From the NCBI GenBank assembly GCA_963792585.1, contig CAWBWI010000003.1, positions 160,001 to 224,000 of the forward strand: a DNA stretch of 64,000 nt, written 5' to 3'. A program made the position numbers and the translations under genes. Under the pieces are notes generated by a model, which was given only the letters and a program-made list of their open reading frames with translations, made no database searches and had not been told where the DNA came from. Positions 49,070 to 58,981 of this stretch are shown here, in pieces; within the stretch, counting starts at the first letter, position 1; the number at the start of each line of letters is the position of its first letter. Source of the stretch: Candidatus Eiseniibacteriota bacterium. GTDB taxonomy: Bacteria > Eisenbacteria > RBG-16-71-46 > CAIMUX01 > VGJL01.

Positions 49070-50440
49070 ATGCCGACACCGATGGGCGAGCCGGGACGAA
49101 GCCAGCGGATCTCGATTCTCGAGGGATCCCTGGCTCAGGTCCACATCACGATCACGGGCGGATCTCTCGTGACCGCCTATGCCCTCATGCTCGGCGCGAA
49201 CGACTTCCACCTCGGCCTGGTTTCCGCCTTCACCGCGCTCTCGACGATCGCCGCGATTCTCGGCGCCCAGTGGGTTGGGCTCCTTGGTCGACGAAAGCCT
49301 CTCTCCGTTGTTTGCTCGGCGGGAGGCCGGGCGCTTTGGACGATCCTCTGTCTGATCCCCTTCGTGCCGCTCTCTCATGGAATGCGTCTGGCTCTGATGC
49401 TCACGACGATCTTCATCGGCAACTCTCTCGTGAACCTCTCCGGAACAGGTTGGCTATCGTGGATGACCGACCTCGTACCGCTCGAACGGCGCGGACGCTA
49501 TTTCGGCCTGCGGAACACCGTTCTCGGAGCCGTGGCCATGGTGACGAGTTTCGGCGCTGGGTGGATGCTGGATCGTTACATCGCCGCCGGCTTACGGCCG
49601 CAGGGACTCGCGACGATATTCGGCTTCGCCGCGGTGGCTGCCCTCATCGCCGGCGTGGTTCTCACCCGACAATGGGAGCCACCGTTGCGGGGTGAGCTCC
49701 CCCTCCCGATGGTCGAGACGATCCGCCGACCGTTCGTGAACCGCCGCTTCCGGCGTCTCCTGATCTTCGCGATCCTCTGGGCGACGGCGACCGGCGTCTC
49801 GAGCCCTTTCTTCGGGGCGCACATGATCAAGAATCTTCACATGTCGTTCTCGATGATCGCGGTCTACTCGATTCTCGCGGGAATCCTGAATCTCTTGAGC
49901 CTGCCGATTTGGGGCAAGGTGATCGATCGGGTGGGGAATCGGCCTGTCCTTGTCTGTTGCCTCCTCGGGGTCTTCTTTCTTCCCTTGCTCTGGCTCTTCG
50001 CCACCCCAACCAACCTGCTGCCGATCTGGCTCGACGCCGCCCTGACCGGTGTCTTCTGGCCCGGGTTCACGCTGGCGTCCTTCAATCTCGTCCTGGCCAC
50101 CGCGCCCGAGGAGAACCGGACCGCCTACCTCGCCGTGCAGACGATGGTCGTCGGGATCGCGACGTTTCTCGCATCGCTGCTCGGCGGAGTGGCCGCACGC
50201 GCCCTCGGCGACATCCGCCTGCAGGTCCTCGGTCTATCGTTGATCAACTTCCATCTGATCTATGTGGTATCCGCGATTCTACGGATTTCCCTCCTACCCC
50301 TCGCACTTCAGCTCCGCGAGCAGCGCGCGCAAACCGTCCGCGCCCTCCTCGGCCTCGTGGGGGACCAGGTCTCCCTGCGCTTCACACAGGGCTGGCAGAT
50401 GGGAATCTCGGTGGTCCGTCGATTCGGCGTAGGAAACTAA
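49070..50440 (+). CDS. MFS transporter
   Basis: About 12 TMs; WLSWMTDLVP..RRGRYFG.R, WGKVIDRVGNRP motif A. Confidence 0.88.
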   Translation: MPTPMGEPGRSQRISILEGSLAQVHITITGGSLVTAYALMLGANDFHLGLVSAFTALSTIAAILGAQWVGLLGRRKPLSVVCSAGGRALWTILCLIPFVPLSHGMRLALMLTTIFIGNSLVNLSGTGWLSWMTDLVPLERRGRYFGLRNTVLGAVAMVTSFGAGWMLDRYIAAGLRPQGLATIFGFAAVAALIAGVVLTRQWEPPLRGELPLPMVETIRRPFVNRRFRRLLIFAILWATATGVSSPFFGAHMIKNLHMSFSMIAVYSILAGILNLLSLPIWGKVIDRVGNRPVLVCCLLGVFFLPLLWLFATPTNLLPIWLDAALTGVFWPGFTLASFNLVLATAPEENRTAYLAVQTMVVGIATFLASLLGGVAARALGDIRLQVLGLSLINFHLIYVVSAILRISLLPLALQLREQRAQTVRALLGLVGDQVSLRFTQGWQMGISVVRRFGVGN

Positions 50441-50471
50441 AGGAGGAAGCAGCTACTCGCCATTCGTCGGA

Positions 50472-51116
50472 TCACTTTCGCAGCATCTTGAAGGCGTGAT
50501 TCCAGCCGCCGGTCCGCATCCCGTAGAGGACCCAAAGGATGCAGAGCGGCTCGAGGAGCCGAGAGCCCTCGATCCCTCCAAAGTCGATCGCCGGCCAGCC
50601 GAACCCATTGAGGATTTCCGTTACCGCCTTCTTCGCTGCTTCGTCATTGCCACAGATGAACATGTCCGGAGGTCCGCCCGGAAACTGCGGATGGACCATG
50701 TGGGCGTTGCCGACAATGTTGAACGCCTTGACGACATGCGCGCCGGGGAGCCAGCGTTGTACCTGCTCGCCTCCCGAGTCGGTATGCCCGAGCGCCAGCG
50801 CGGGCGGGGCGTTTGGGGTGAATACGAGCGGGTTCGTCGCGTCGATCACCGTCTTGCCCACGAAGTTCTTCGGCTCTGCAAGGCGGATCGCGTTTTCAGT
50901 CCCCGACCACAGGGTTGCGAGAACAATCACCTCGCCGAACGCCGCCGCCTCGGCGAAGGTCCCTCCCGACGCGCCTCGCCCGGTTTTCGAGATCCACTCC
51001 TCCACCTTCGGTCCGCGCGGCTCGCGGGAGCCGATCTTCACCTCATGACCAAGAGAGACAAGGCCGGCGCCGAGGACCCTCCCAACGTCGCCCGTACCCA
51101 GTGTTCCGACCCTCAT
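50472..51116 (-). CDS. NADPH-dependent F420 reductase-like (F420_oxidored) oxidoreductase
   Basis: GTGDVG, GSR, IDATNP, SGGEQVQ, VVKAFN, CGNDEAAK, LEPL. Confidence 0.88.
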   Translation of the reverse strand: MRVGTLGTGDVGRVLGAGLVSLGHEVKIGSREPRGPKVEEWISKTGRGASGGTFAEAAAFGEVIVLATLWSGTENAIRLAEPKNFVGKTVIDATNPLVFTPNAPPALALGHTDSGGEQVQRWLPGAHVVKAFNIVGNAHMVHPQFPGGPPDMFICGNDEAAKKAVTEILNGFGWPAIDFGGIEGSRLLEPLCILWVLYGMRTGGWNHAFKMLRK

Positions 51117-51265
51117 GAATGTCACCTCTTTCGCATCGGTAGTCCATTGTCTATTGGAACCCACAAGGATGCATCGAGCGGCGGCGGAACTGCAACAGGA
51201 TCCGAAAGCACAGAACGGAGGGGTGGGTTACCGCTCCTCCGTTCGCGCGTGGACAACCCGCCCGG

Positions 51266-52588
51266 CTACAACGTGAAGGCGAAATCGTCGATCAGGGCCC
51301 CGGGAAGACGCCAGCTCGACGTGGAGCGCTGCTCGTACGTCGTCGGGTCGAGGATCATCTCCGTCTGAGCAGTGAGACCGACGAGGTTCTCTCCGAGAAC
51401 TCGGTAGAGCGTCTCGTCGAAGCGCATGACGGAAAGCGGTGCCTGGATGACGCCGTTCTCGACCCAGAGGGTCGCAAAGCGTGTCATCCCGGTGATTCTG
51501 CATGCAGGTCGGTCCGAGTAATTGAGGTACCAGAGGTTTCCGACGTAGATCCCGGTTCCCAGCCGCTCGAGAACCTTCGCGTTGGGAATGTCGCCGGGCG
51601 CCATGTCGATCGACTCGGGGGTTTCCCACTCCGACGCGCCGTTGGTCGGCACCCCATACTCCTTCGCTGACCGTGGCGAGACGAGGGGATTCAGGTACTT
51701 TCCCTTCTCGATCAGAACCACCTTCGGCGGTTTGATGAAACCCTGAGATTGGAAATCCGGAGCCACTCCGCTTGCCGTGTTCTCCGCGATCGTCACCGAT
51801 TCGTGGAGCTGCTGCTTTCCCTCGATCAATCGGAGCAGGGATGTTTGCCGGGTCTTGTTGTCCTTGAGACCAAATCCACCCCAGGAAACCGTCGTCATGA
51901 GTTCCGACATCGCGGTCGGCGAGAGATAGACACGGTACTTTCCGGGCGGGACCGTTCGAGGCGGCCTCGAGAGAACGGATAGTTGCTCCGCCGCGGAGTC
52001 GACCTTCGACTTGAAGGCCGCCGCATCCCATTCGAAGCCCGCGTAACTGCTCTTCACCGCCTTGTCGGCGGCATGGTAGAAGCTCCAGTCGAGATTGAAA
52101 TTGTACGTCGAGAACCAGTTCCTCTGGCCGAAGGAGTTCGCGAAGCCCGCATGGATTCCACCGGCGGCGTAGATTCCGACGAGGTCCCGCCCCTTTCCCG
52201 CTTCGAGGATGGCGCTCATCGCCGTATCCGGCGAGGGGAGTCGGTTGGGCTGCTTGCGCTCGCTGGAGTTCGGCTCCGTCGCATAGAGCAGGTGGGGATC
52301 CTCCGGCAAGTGGGGGATCAGATTGCGAAGCCGGTCCACGAGCGCGGTCACGTTCACTCGATCGATCGCGGGGTCCCCGGTCAGCCCGATGGCTCCGCCG
52401 GCGTGGCGGGCCCCGGAGATCAAATCGATCGCGAGGTTGCGCTGCCTCACACTGCCAGGCTGGCGCATCGCGCTCTTGTTGAAACGAACGAAATCCGATT
52501 CCTCCCCGGCGAAGACGGAGGTGAACTTCTCGTCTCCCTTGAGCTGGGACTGGACATGGTCGGCGAGCGTGTAGAAGTGCTCCTGCAT
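51266..52588 (-). CDS. TldE/PmbA-like subunit of the TldD/PmbA family
   Basis: ESDFVRFN, PGKYRVYL, ITGMTRFATLWVENG...MRFDE; lacks HExxxH; adjacent to tldD. Confidence 0.85.
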   Translation of the reverse strand: MQEHFYTLADHVQSQLKGDEKFTSVFAGEESDFVRFNKSAMRQPGSVRQRNLAIDLISGARHAGGAIGLTGDPAIDRVNVTALVDRLRNLIPHLPEDPHLLYATEPNSSERKQPNRLPSPDTAMSAILEAGKGRDLVGIYAAGGIHAGFANSFGQRNWFSTYNFNLDWSFYHAADKAVKSSYAGFEWDAAAFKSKVDSAAEQLSVLSRPPRTVPPGKYRVYLSPTAMSELMTTVSWGGFGLKDNKTRQTSLLRLIEGKQQLHESVTIAENTASGVAPDFQSQGFIKPPKVVLIEKGKYLNPLVSPRSAKEYGVPTNGASEWETPESIDMAPGDIPNAKVLERLGTGIYVGNLWYLNYSDRPACRITGMTRFATLWVENGVIQAPLSVMRFDETLYRVLGENLVGLTAQTEMILDPTTYEQRSTSSWRLPGALIDDFAFTL

Positions 52589-52589
52589 G

Positions 52590-54023
52590 CTACTCCCCTC
52601 CGAAGACATCGACGTCGGCGAAGACGCAGGTGGGCGACGCGTGCCCGACGCGGATCACTTGATTCGGCTCCCCTTTTCCGCAGTTGGGCGTGCCCATCAC
52701 CTGGAAGGTGGACGTGTTTCCCGTCATCTTCAGATTGCGCCAGAAGGTGGCGGAGATTCCCCTGTAGTTCGGATTCTTCACAAGGGTCGTGATCTTCCCG
52801 TCCTCGATCAGTCGTCCCCACTCACAGCCGAACTGGAACTTGTTCCGCGAGTCGTCGATCGACCAGGAACGGTTGGTCTTCATGTAGACGCCATGCTTGA
52901 TCGATCCGACCATCTCGTCGAACGTGGAGGTCCCGGGCTCGAGGTTGAGGTTCGCCATCCGGTCGATAGGAGGACGGTTCCAACTCGACGCGCGCGAGTT
53001 CGCCACCCCGGGGATTCCCGAACGGGCTTGCGACGTCGAGCTACCGAGTGTGCGCAGCAGCACCCCTTCCTTGATGATGAACTCGCGCTGCGCCTTGAGT
53101 CCCTCGTCGTCGAACCCGTAGCTGGCGAATTGCTCCGGTCGCGAAGGGTCATAAGTGATGTTCAGGAGTTTCGATCCGTACTGGTAGGATCCGATCATTT
53201 CGGGCGTGACGAAGCTCGTGCCCGCGTAGTTGCGCTCATCGCCGAGGATTCGGTCCAGTTCGAGAGGGTGCCCGATCGACTCGTGGATCTGGAGGATCAT
53301 CTGATCCGGTGCGAGGAGGACATCGAGCTTCCCGGACGGGCAATTCGGCGCGGTGAGGAGGGCGAGCGCGTCGGCGGCAATCTCCGGCGCCGCCGTGCGG
53401 AACCCGGTCGAGTCGAGCACCTCCATCCCACCCTGGCGGCAATAACCGCGTCCGCCGAATGTTCGGATTTGAGTCTCGGTTCCCTCGTTGGCCGTGGCGA
53501 TCAGCATCGGCACCATGAGTGAGAGCGTCTGGGTGCCCTGGGCTCCGTCCGCGGTCGTATACAGGGTCTCCCAATCCGTGTGCGCAATCGCCGCCTGCCA
53601 GTCGACGATCCGATCGTCGACCTTCAGGCGCGCGCACTCATCCTTCAGAAGCGTGATCTTGTCGGCAATGGAGACGGAGTCCCAGCGCTCGCGCACCGGG
53701 CTCTCATAATGGCCGCTCGGCCGCGGGAGGGCGATCTTCGAGAAATCCGTGACCGCCCTGCCGGCGCTGCGCTCGGCCCAAGAGACGGCTTCCGTCGCGG
53801 CATGCCTCAGGCCGGCGGCGGAGAGATCCGTCGTCGCGCCGTAACCGAGCCCCCCGTTGTGGATGACGGTGACCATCGCCCCGACATCCTCGCGGTACTG
53901 GACCGGTTGAAGAATTCCCTGCCGAACGTGAACCAACTCACCCCTCTCGCTGACGTATCGGAGGGAACAGAAATCGACCGCGGGCGCGATCTCCCGAAAC
54001 CGTTGGATGATTCGGGCGTCCAG
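52590..54023 (-). CDS. tldD: TldD family metallopeptidase
   Basis: LQIHESIGHPLELDR (HExxxH), YGFDDEG, PIDRMAN, CGKGEP; probable CTG start 6 nt after AAGGAGGT. Confidence 0.9.
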   Translation of the reverse strand: MDARIIQRFREIAPAVDFCSLRYVSERGELVHVRQGILQPVQYREDVGAMVTVIHNGGLGYGATTDLSAAGLRHAATEAVSWAERSAGRAVTDFSKIALPRPSGHYESPVRERWDSVSIADKITLLKDECARLKVDDRIVDWQAAIAHTDWETLYTTADGAQGTQTLSLMVPMLIATANEGTETQIRTFGGRGYCRQGGMEVLDSTGFRTAAPEIAADALALLTAPNCPSGKLDVLLAPDQMILQIHESIGHPLELDRILGDERNYAGTSFVTPEMIGSYQYGSKLLNITYDPSRPEQFASYGFDDEGLKAQREFIIKEGVLLRTLGSSTSQARSGIPGVANSRASSWNRPPIDRMANLNLEPGTSTFDEMVGSIKHGVYMKTNRSWSIDDSRNKFQFGCEWGRLIEDGKITTLVKNPNYRGISATFWRNLKMTGNTSTFQVMGTPNCGKGEPNQVIRVGHASPTCVFADVDVFGGE

Positions 54024-54175
54024 GTGGCACCTCCTTGAATTGCGCGGCGTCTCGAGACCGCAAACGACGATAAGACTACCATCTACCCGCCTTGGCTTCC
54101 AGATTCCTACCGTGATATCCTTACTGGGATCGTTTTCGCATCGATTCACCGTCTGAGACGCCAGGGGGGGCCGAA

Positions 54176-56947
54176 ATGCGTCGGAGCGGTCTGCCGTCCG
54201 CGCTGCTGTTGCTGCTTCTGATCTCCTTGCCGGCCGGCTCTGCCCGGCTAACCCATTCGGAAGAGCCGTTCTATGGATCGGGCGGATCGCCTGGCGAACT
54301 GCGGGCCGACACGAGCGATGTGATCGACACGGTTGCCGAGACAACGCTCCCCATCACCGTCGGGGGGCAGAGTCTTCGCGTCCCCTATTTCGGCAATCGC
54401 CCGATTAATGGGACCTACGCGGACGTCACGCGCGCCATCCTGGTCTGTCACGGCACCCTTCGGAACGCGAACGACTACTATGACGCCATCGTCACCGCCG
54501 GACATGCCGCCGGGGGCGCCGACGCCCACACCCTGATCATCGCGCCGCAATTTCTCACCGAACCGGACCTCGACGAGCACCATCTCGCGGAGGATATCCT
54601 GTACTGGGCATATATGGGCTGGAGGAGGGGCGACAACTCCCTCTCCGGGGACAGGCACCCTCGTCCGTGGCGAGTGAGCTCATTCTCCATCGCCGATACG
54701 ATCTTGATGGGCTTCGTCGAGCGGCTCCCGAACCTCCAGAAGATCGTCGTCGCGGGACATTCCGCCGGCGGTCAGTTCTGCAATCTGTACACCGCTGGAA
54801 ACCGTGTTCATCAGGTCATCACAGCGCAACACGGCATATCGATTCAGTACATTGTCTCGAATCCGTCTTGCTATATCTATTTCGATTCGAAGCGATGGAT
54901 CCACGACACGTCGTATGCATATGAAGTTCCCTCTTCCCAGCAGATCGCCGAGTGCCCGGATTACAATGACTACAAGTATGGACTAGACAATCCGAATGCC
55001 TACATGAATATCGGAAGTTCCGTTCTCGAGAGTCAGTACGAATCCAGGACGACTGTATATCTCCTCGGTGGGAACGATACCGATCCATACTCGTACTACC
55101 TCGACACGACATGCCCCGCGATGTTCCAAGGAACTCAACGCCTCGAGCGCGGCATCGTGTACTACCATCATTTGATCGATCATTTTGGAGGTGACATCAC
55201 GAACGTCCAGTCCGTTGCGGTCGTGCCGGGAGTGGGTCACGATCAATACGGCATGTTCACGTCCCAGTGCGGGAAGTTCTATCTCTATGACTACGGTTCC
55301 TGCACCGGCGCCCCTCCAACCGCCGCCTGGGAGGATGCCTCGACGATGGCGATCCGCGGGGTGACGGCGCACTCGATCGCCTGGGGAGACTATGACCTCG
55401 ATGGGGATCCGGATGCCTTCGTCGCCGTTTACGACGGCAGGGACAAGCTCTTCCGCAACGATGCCGGGACTCTAGTGGATGCGACCGCCGCCCCCTTGGA
55501 CGATCAAGGTCAAGGGATGTCCAGCGTCTGGGGAGACGCGAACAACGACGGCTATCCCGACCTCTACCTCGTGAATTGGCGGGGTCAGAGCCGTCTTTTC
55601 CGGAACGGCGCAGGAAGCTCCTTCAGCGACGCGACCACCCCACCGCTGGACGCGACCGGGGATCTGTGTGATGGCGCGTGGGCTGACTATGACCGCGACG
55701 GGGATCTCGACCTTTACCTGACGCGCACCAACGGCCAGTCGAACAGCCTTCTTCGCAACGACGGTCCCGTGGGGTTCGTGAACGTGACGGCCCCACCGCT
55801 CGACAATCCCGGAGAGAACCGCGGCGCCGTCTGGGGCGACTTCGACAGCGATGGCGACGCAGATCTGTATGTATGCGCCGCAGCATCCAACAAGCTCTTC
55901 CGAAACGACGGCGGCGTGTTCGTCGACGTCACGCATGGACCCCTGGCCGACCTCAACGGCGGTGGGTCATCGGGCGCTTGGGGCGACTACGACAACGACG
56001 GCGATCTGGATCTCTATGTCGTCAACCGCGGGCATCCCAACCTTCTGCTACGCAACGATGGTGGCGACAACTTCACGGATGTGACCACATCACCTCTGAA
56101 TGTCGACGCGCAGGGTCGCTCCGCGACATGGGGCGACTACGACAACGATGGTCGCCTCGATCTCTACCTCTCGAATTTCCAAAGTCGCAATCAGTTGTTC
56201 CGCAACCTCGGCGGAGATATCTTCGACGATGCCACGAGCGATCCCCTGGGCACGGTGGGCGACACCTATGGGGCGGGATGGGCGGACTACGATCGCGACG
56301 GTGATCTCGATCTGTTCGTCGCAACGCGCGCGGGCGCTCCAAAGCTGCTGCGCAACAACTACGCGCTCGGGAACCACTGGCTGCACATCGACCTGGAAGG
56401 CACGATCTCCAATCGCTCGGCGATCGGAGCGCGCGTGCGCATCCTCGCCGGCGGCGTCCAGCAGTTCCGTGAAGTCGGAGGGGATGCCGGCTACGAATCC
56501 CAGAACTCCGCCACCGTCGAGTTCGGTATCGGTGAGGCGACCTCCGTCGACGAGATCGAGATCCGGTGGCCAAGCGGGATCGTCCAGGTCACGGGCTCGG
56601 TCGCGGCAAACCAGCGTCTCCACACACACGAGTCGGATCTCCCCGCAGGCACCGACTCCGATCCGTCGACCGATGCCTGGGCGCACGCAGCCCCGAACCC
56701 GTTCACTCTCTCGACGATGATCCGGATCGACCCGGCTCTTGGTCCGGTTTGCTCCATCCGCATCTTCGATCCGGCAGGGCGCTTGGTCCGTGTTCTCGAA
56801 GCGCATCCGGGGCCAATGGGCGACGCGCCTCCGTTCATCTGGGACGGTCGCGATGACCGCGGCAGGCTGGCGACGCCGGGGGTCTATCTTTGCAGGATCG
56901 AGGCAGCGGGCGGGCGGCGCACGTTACGCCTCGTGAGGATACGATAG
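54176..56947 (+). CDS. Secreted alpha/beta-hydrolase fused to FG-GAP repeats, ASPIC/UnbV and FlgD-Ig/T9SS-like tail
   Basis: Signal peptide; HGTLRNA, APQF, AGHSAGGQF, GGND, GVGH; seven W(G/A)D..DGD.D-type repeats; NRSAIGARV...FGIG...IRWPSG; PNPF...WDGRDDRG...PGVY. Confidence 0.85.
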   Translation: MRRSGLPSALLLLLLISLPAGSARLTHSEEPFYGSGGSPGELRADTSDVIDTVAETTLPITVGGQSLRVPYFGNRPINGTYADVTRAILVCHGTLRNANDYYDAIVTAGHAAGGADAHTLIIAPQFLTEPDLDEHHLAEDILYWAYMGWRRGDNSLSGDRHPRPWRVSSFSIADTILMGFVERLPNLQKIVVAGHSAGGQFCNLYTAGNRVHQVITAQHGISIQYIVSNPSCYIYFDSKRWIHDTSYAYEVPSSQQIAECPDYNDYKYGLDNPNAYMNIGSSVLESQYESRTTVYLLGGNDTDPYSYYLDTTCPAMFQGTQRLERGIVYYHHLIDHFGGDITNVQSVAVVPGVGHDQYGMFTSQCGKFYLYDYGSCTGAPPTAAWEDASTMAIRGVTAHSIAWGDYDLDGDPDAFVAVYDGRDKLFRNDAGTLVDATAAPLDDQGQGMSSVWGDANNDGYPDLYLVNWRGQSRLFRNGAGSSFSDATTPPLDATGDLCDGAWADYDRDGDLDLYLTRTNGQSNSLLRNDGPVGFVNVTAPPLDNPGENRGAVWGDFDSDGDADLYVCAAASNKLFRNDGGVFVDVTHGPLADLNGGGSSGAWGDYDNDGDLDLYVVNRGHPNLLLRNDGGDNFTDVTTSPLNVDAQGRSATWGDYDNDGRLDLYLSNFQSRNQLFRNLGGDIFDDATSDPLGTVGDTYGAGWADYDRDGDLDLFVATRAGAPKLLRNNYALGNHWLHIDLEGTISNRSAIGARVRILAGGVQQFREVGGDAGYESQNSATVEFGIGEATSVDEIEIRWPSGIVQVTGSVAANQRLHTHESDLPAGTDSDPSTDAWAHAAPNPFTLSTMIRIDPALGPVCSIRIFDPAGRLVRVLEAHPGPMGDAPPFIWDGRDDRGRLATPGVYLCRIEAAGGRRTLRLVRIR

Positions 56948-56992
56948 GAGACACTCCCCGGGGACCGAACCTCGTGAGGAGCGGACCTCCTG

Positions 56993-57394
56993 CTATTTCT
57001 CCCCACCCATCCCGACGAACCAATCCTCCTTCTCCGCAAAGAGAACGTTGAAAGTCGTGAACGACCCATAGATCCGCGTGATGTAGGCCTGCAACTCGAT
57101 TCGTTCGGCGTCATCGAGCTTTGGGTGATTGTTGATCTTCTGCTCGAGGACTCGGAGCCGCTCCCGCGCCATCACGATCTTCTTGAAGAAGCTATCGAGG
57201 GGGATCGACTTCTCCTGGGCGGTCGCCTTCCCCGGACGGAGCACCAACTCGCCCCCCTCCCAACGCTGCCCCATCTCCGGATCGAGGTCGGGCACCAGGC
57301 CCGCCAGGATCAGGTCCTCGCGAACTCCGACGCGCACCGCCCGCACGATCGCCTGGAACGCATCGGCACTGAGTCCTTCGGGTTTCATCTCCAT
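56993..57394 (-). CDS. Conserved hypothetical protein (133 aa)
   Basis: GGAGG RBS; WEGGELVLRPG...IPLDSFFKKIVMARERLRVLEQKINNH...YITRIYGSFTTFNVLF. Confidence 0.75.
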   Translation of the reverse strand: MEMKPEGLSADAFQAIVRAVRVGVREDLILAGLVPDLDPEMGQRWEGGELVLRPGKATAQEKSIPLDSFFKKIVMARERLRVLEQKINNHPKLDDAERIELQAYITRIYGSFTTFNVLFAEKEDWFVGMGGEK

Positions 57395-57504
57395 CCTGCA
57401 CCTCCGGTCTGAGCGATCGCCTGCTTGACCGGCATCCCATGCGGACGCCAGACTGTTGCACGATAGTAGAGGGGATCCAACCGTCAAGGAACAGGAGAGC
57501 AACA

Positions 57505-58956
57505 ATGAGTGGAATCGATGCGCTGCAACCACGCGCCGTGTGGGCGGTCTTTGCCGAAATGAGCAAGGTTCCGCGCGCCTCCGGCAACGAGGCGGGCGTG
57601 ATGGCGGCGCTCGAAGGATGGGCACGGGCGCGCAATCTCCCCACGCGCCGAGATGCGGTCGGCAACATGCTCGTGTCGATCCCAGCGAGTCCGGGGCGCC
57701 ATGATGCCGACCCGGTCCTCGTCCAGGGGCACGTGGACATGGTCTGCGAGAAGAATGCATCCACCCCGCACGATTTCGCGAAGGATCCGATCCGCCTCCG
57801 CCTGGACGGAGATTGGCTGACCGCGGAAGGCACGACCCTCGGTGCGGACAACGGGATCGGTTGCGCGATGGGGCTTGCCGTGGCGGACAGCCCCGGTCTT
57901 GTACACGGCCCGATCGAGGTCCTCCTCACGGTGGATGAAGAGCGCGGCCTGACCGGAGCGTCGCATGTCGAGAAGGGTTTCTTCACCGCCCGAAGAATGA
58001 TCAATCTCGATTCCGAGGAAGATCACGGCATATTCATCGGATGCGCAGGCGGTCGGGATACGGTCCTGACCCTTTCCTGCGCACGCGAGGCTCTCCCTGA
58101 CAGCGTCGTCTTCAATGTCTCGATCACCGGACTGACGGGCGGGCACTCGGGCCTCGACATCAATCGCAACCGCGGGAATGCGATCAAGATCTTGAGCCGA
58201 TCCCTCGTAGCCGCATCCGACGACGTCGACCTGCGCGTCGCGCGCATCGAGGGAGGAAGCCTGCGCAACGCGATCCCCCGCGAGGCGGTTGCGGTCATCG
58301 CCGTCCCACGAACCAAGGCCCCGACGTTCGAGCGGCTCGTGCGCGATGCGATTGCGCGGATTCTCGATGAGGAACTCACGGGAATCGACGATGGTCTGAA
58401 GGTAACGGTCGCCGTTGGATCGGAGGCCGCGGTATTCGGTGCCTCCGATTCGGCTCGCATACTCTCCCTCCTGGCGGCGATACCGAACGGGGTACTCGCG
58501 ATGTCACAAAGCGTCCGCGATCTGGTCGAGTCGAGCACGAACCTGGGCGTCGTTCGGACGGAGGGCGACGAAGTCCGGGTCGTCTGCTGCAGCCGCTCGT
58601 CGGTCATGTCCTCGCTCGATGGCGTCGTTCGACAGCACCGCGCCGTGGGCCGGCTCGCGGGGGCTACGGTCGATCAACCTCCCGGCTATCCGGGGTGGAA
58701 ACCGAACCTCCAGTCCCCGTTGCTCGCCGTCACGAGGGGCAAGTACCTCGATATCTTTGGGAGGGAGCCTGAGCTGCTCGCGATCCATGCGGGACTCGAG
58801 TGCGGGCTTCTGACGGAGAAGTACCCGGATCTCGACATCGTGTCGTTTGGGCCCGACATCGTGGGAGCGCATTCACCGGCGGAGAGGGTCAGCGTCCCGT
58901 CCGTTCAGAGGATCTGGAAGCTGTTCACGGCCGTTCTGGAGGATCTGTCCTCGTAG
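57505..58956 (+). CDS. pepD: Aminoacyl-histidine dipeptidase (M20C, PepD)
   Basis: QGHVDMVCEK, TTLGADNGIG, TVDEERGLTGA, NLDSEE, GGHSG.DI, YPGWKP, HAGLECG, HSP.E. Confidence 0.93.
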   Translation: MSGIDALQPRAVWAVFAEMSKVPRASGNEAGVMAALEGWARARNLPTRRDAVGNMLVSIPASPGRHDADPVLVQGHVDMVCEKNASTPHDFAKDPIRLRLDGDWLTAEGTTLGADNGIGCAMGLAVADSPGLVHGPIEVLLTVDEERGLTGASHVEKGFFTARRMINLDSEEDHGIFIGCAGGRDTVLTLSCAREALPDSVVFNVSITGLTGGHSGLDINRNRGNAIKILSRSLVAASDDVDLRVARIEGGSLRNAIPREAVAVIAVPRTKAPTFERLVRDAIARILDEELTGIDDGLKVTVAVGSEAAVFGASDSARILSLLAAIPNGVLAMSQSVRDLVESSTNLGVVRTEGDEVRVVCCSRSSVMSSLDGVVRQHRAVGRLAGATVDQPPGYPGWKPNLQSPLLAVTRGKYLDIFGREPELLAIHAGLECGLLTEKYPDLDIVSFGPDIVGAHSPAERVSVPSVQRIWKLFTAVLEDLSS

Positions 58957-58981
58957 GAGCGCCGGATAGCGGATCGCCTTC

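Noticed and set aside
51266..54023. TldD/E pair as part of a RiPP biosynthetic cluster
   Set aside because: No precursor peptide, YcaO, radical SAM or lanthipeptide enzyme nearby; stand-alone TldD/E pairs are common.
55380..56320. Regularly spaced DNA repeats (TGGGGCGACTACGACAACGA-like) resembling a CRISPR array
   Set aside because: Degenerate, in-frame copies encoding FG-GAP protein repeats; no cas genes and spacing too long.
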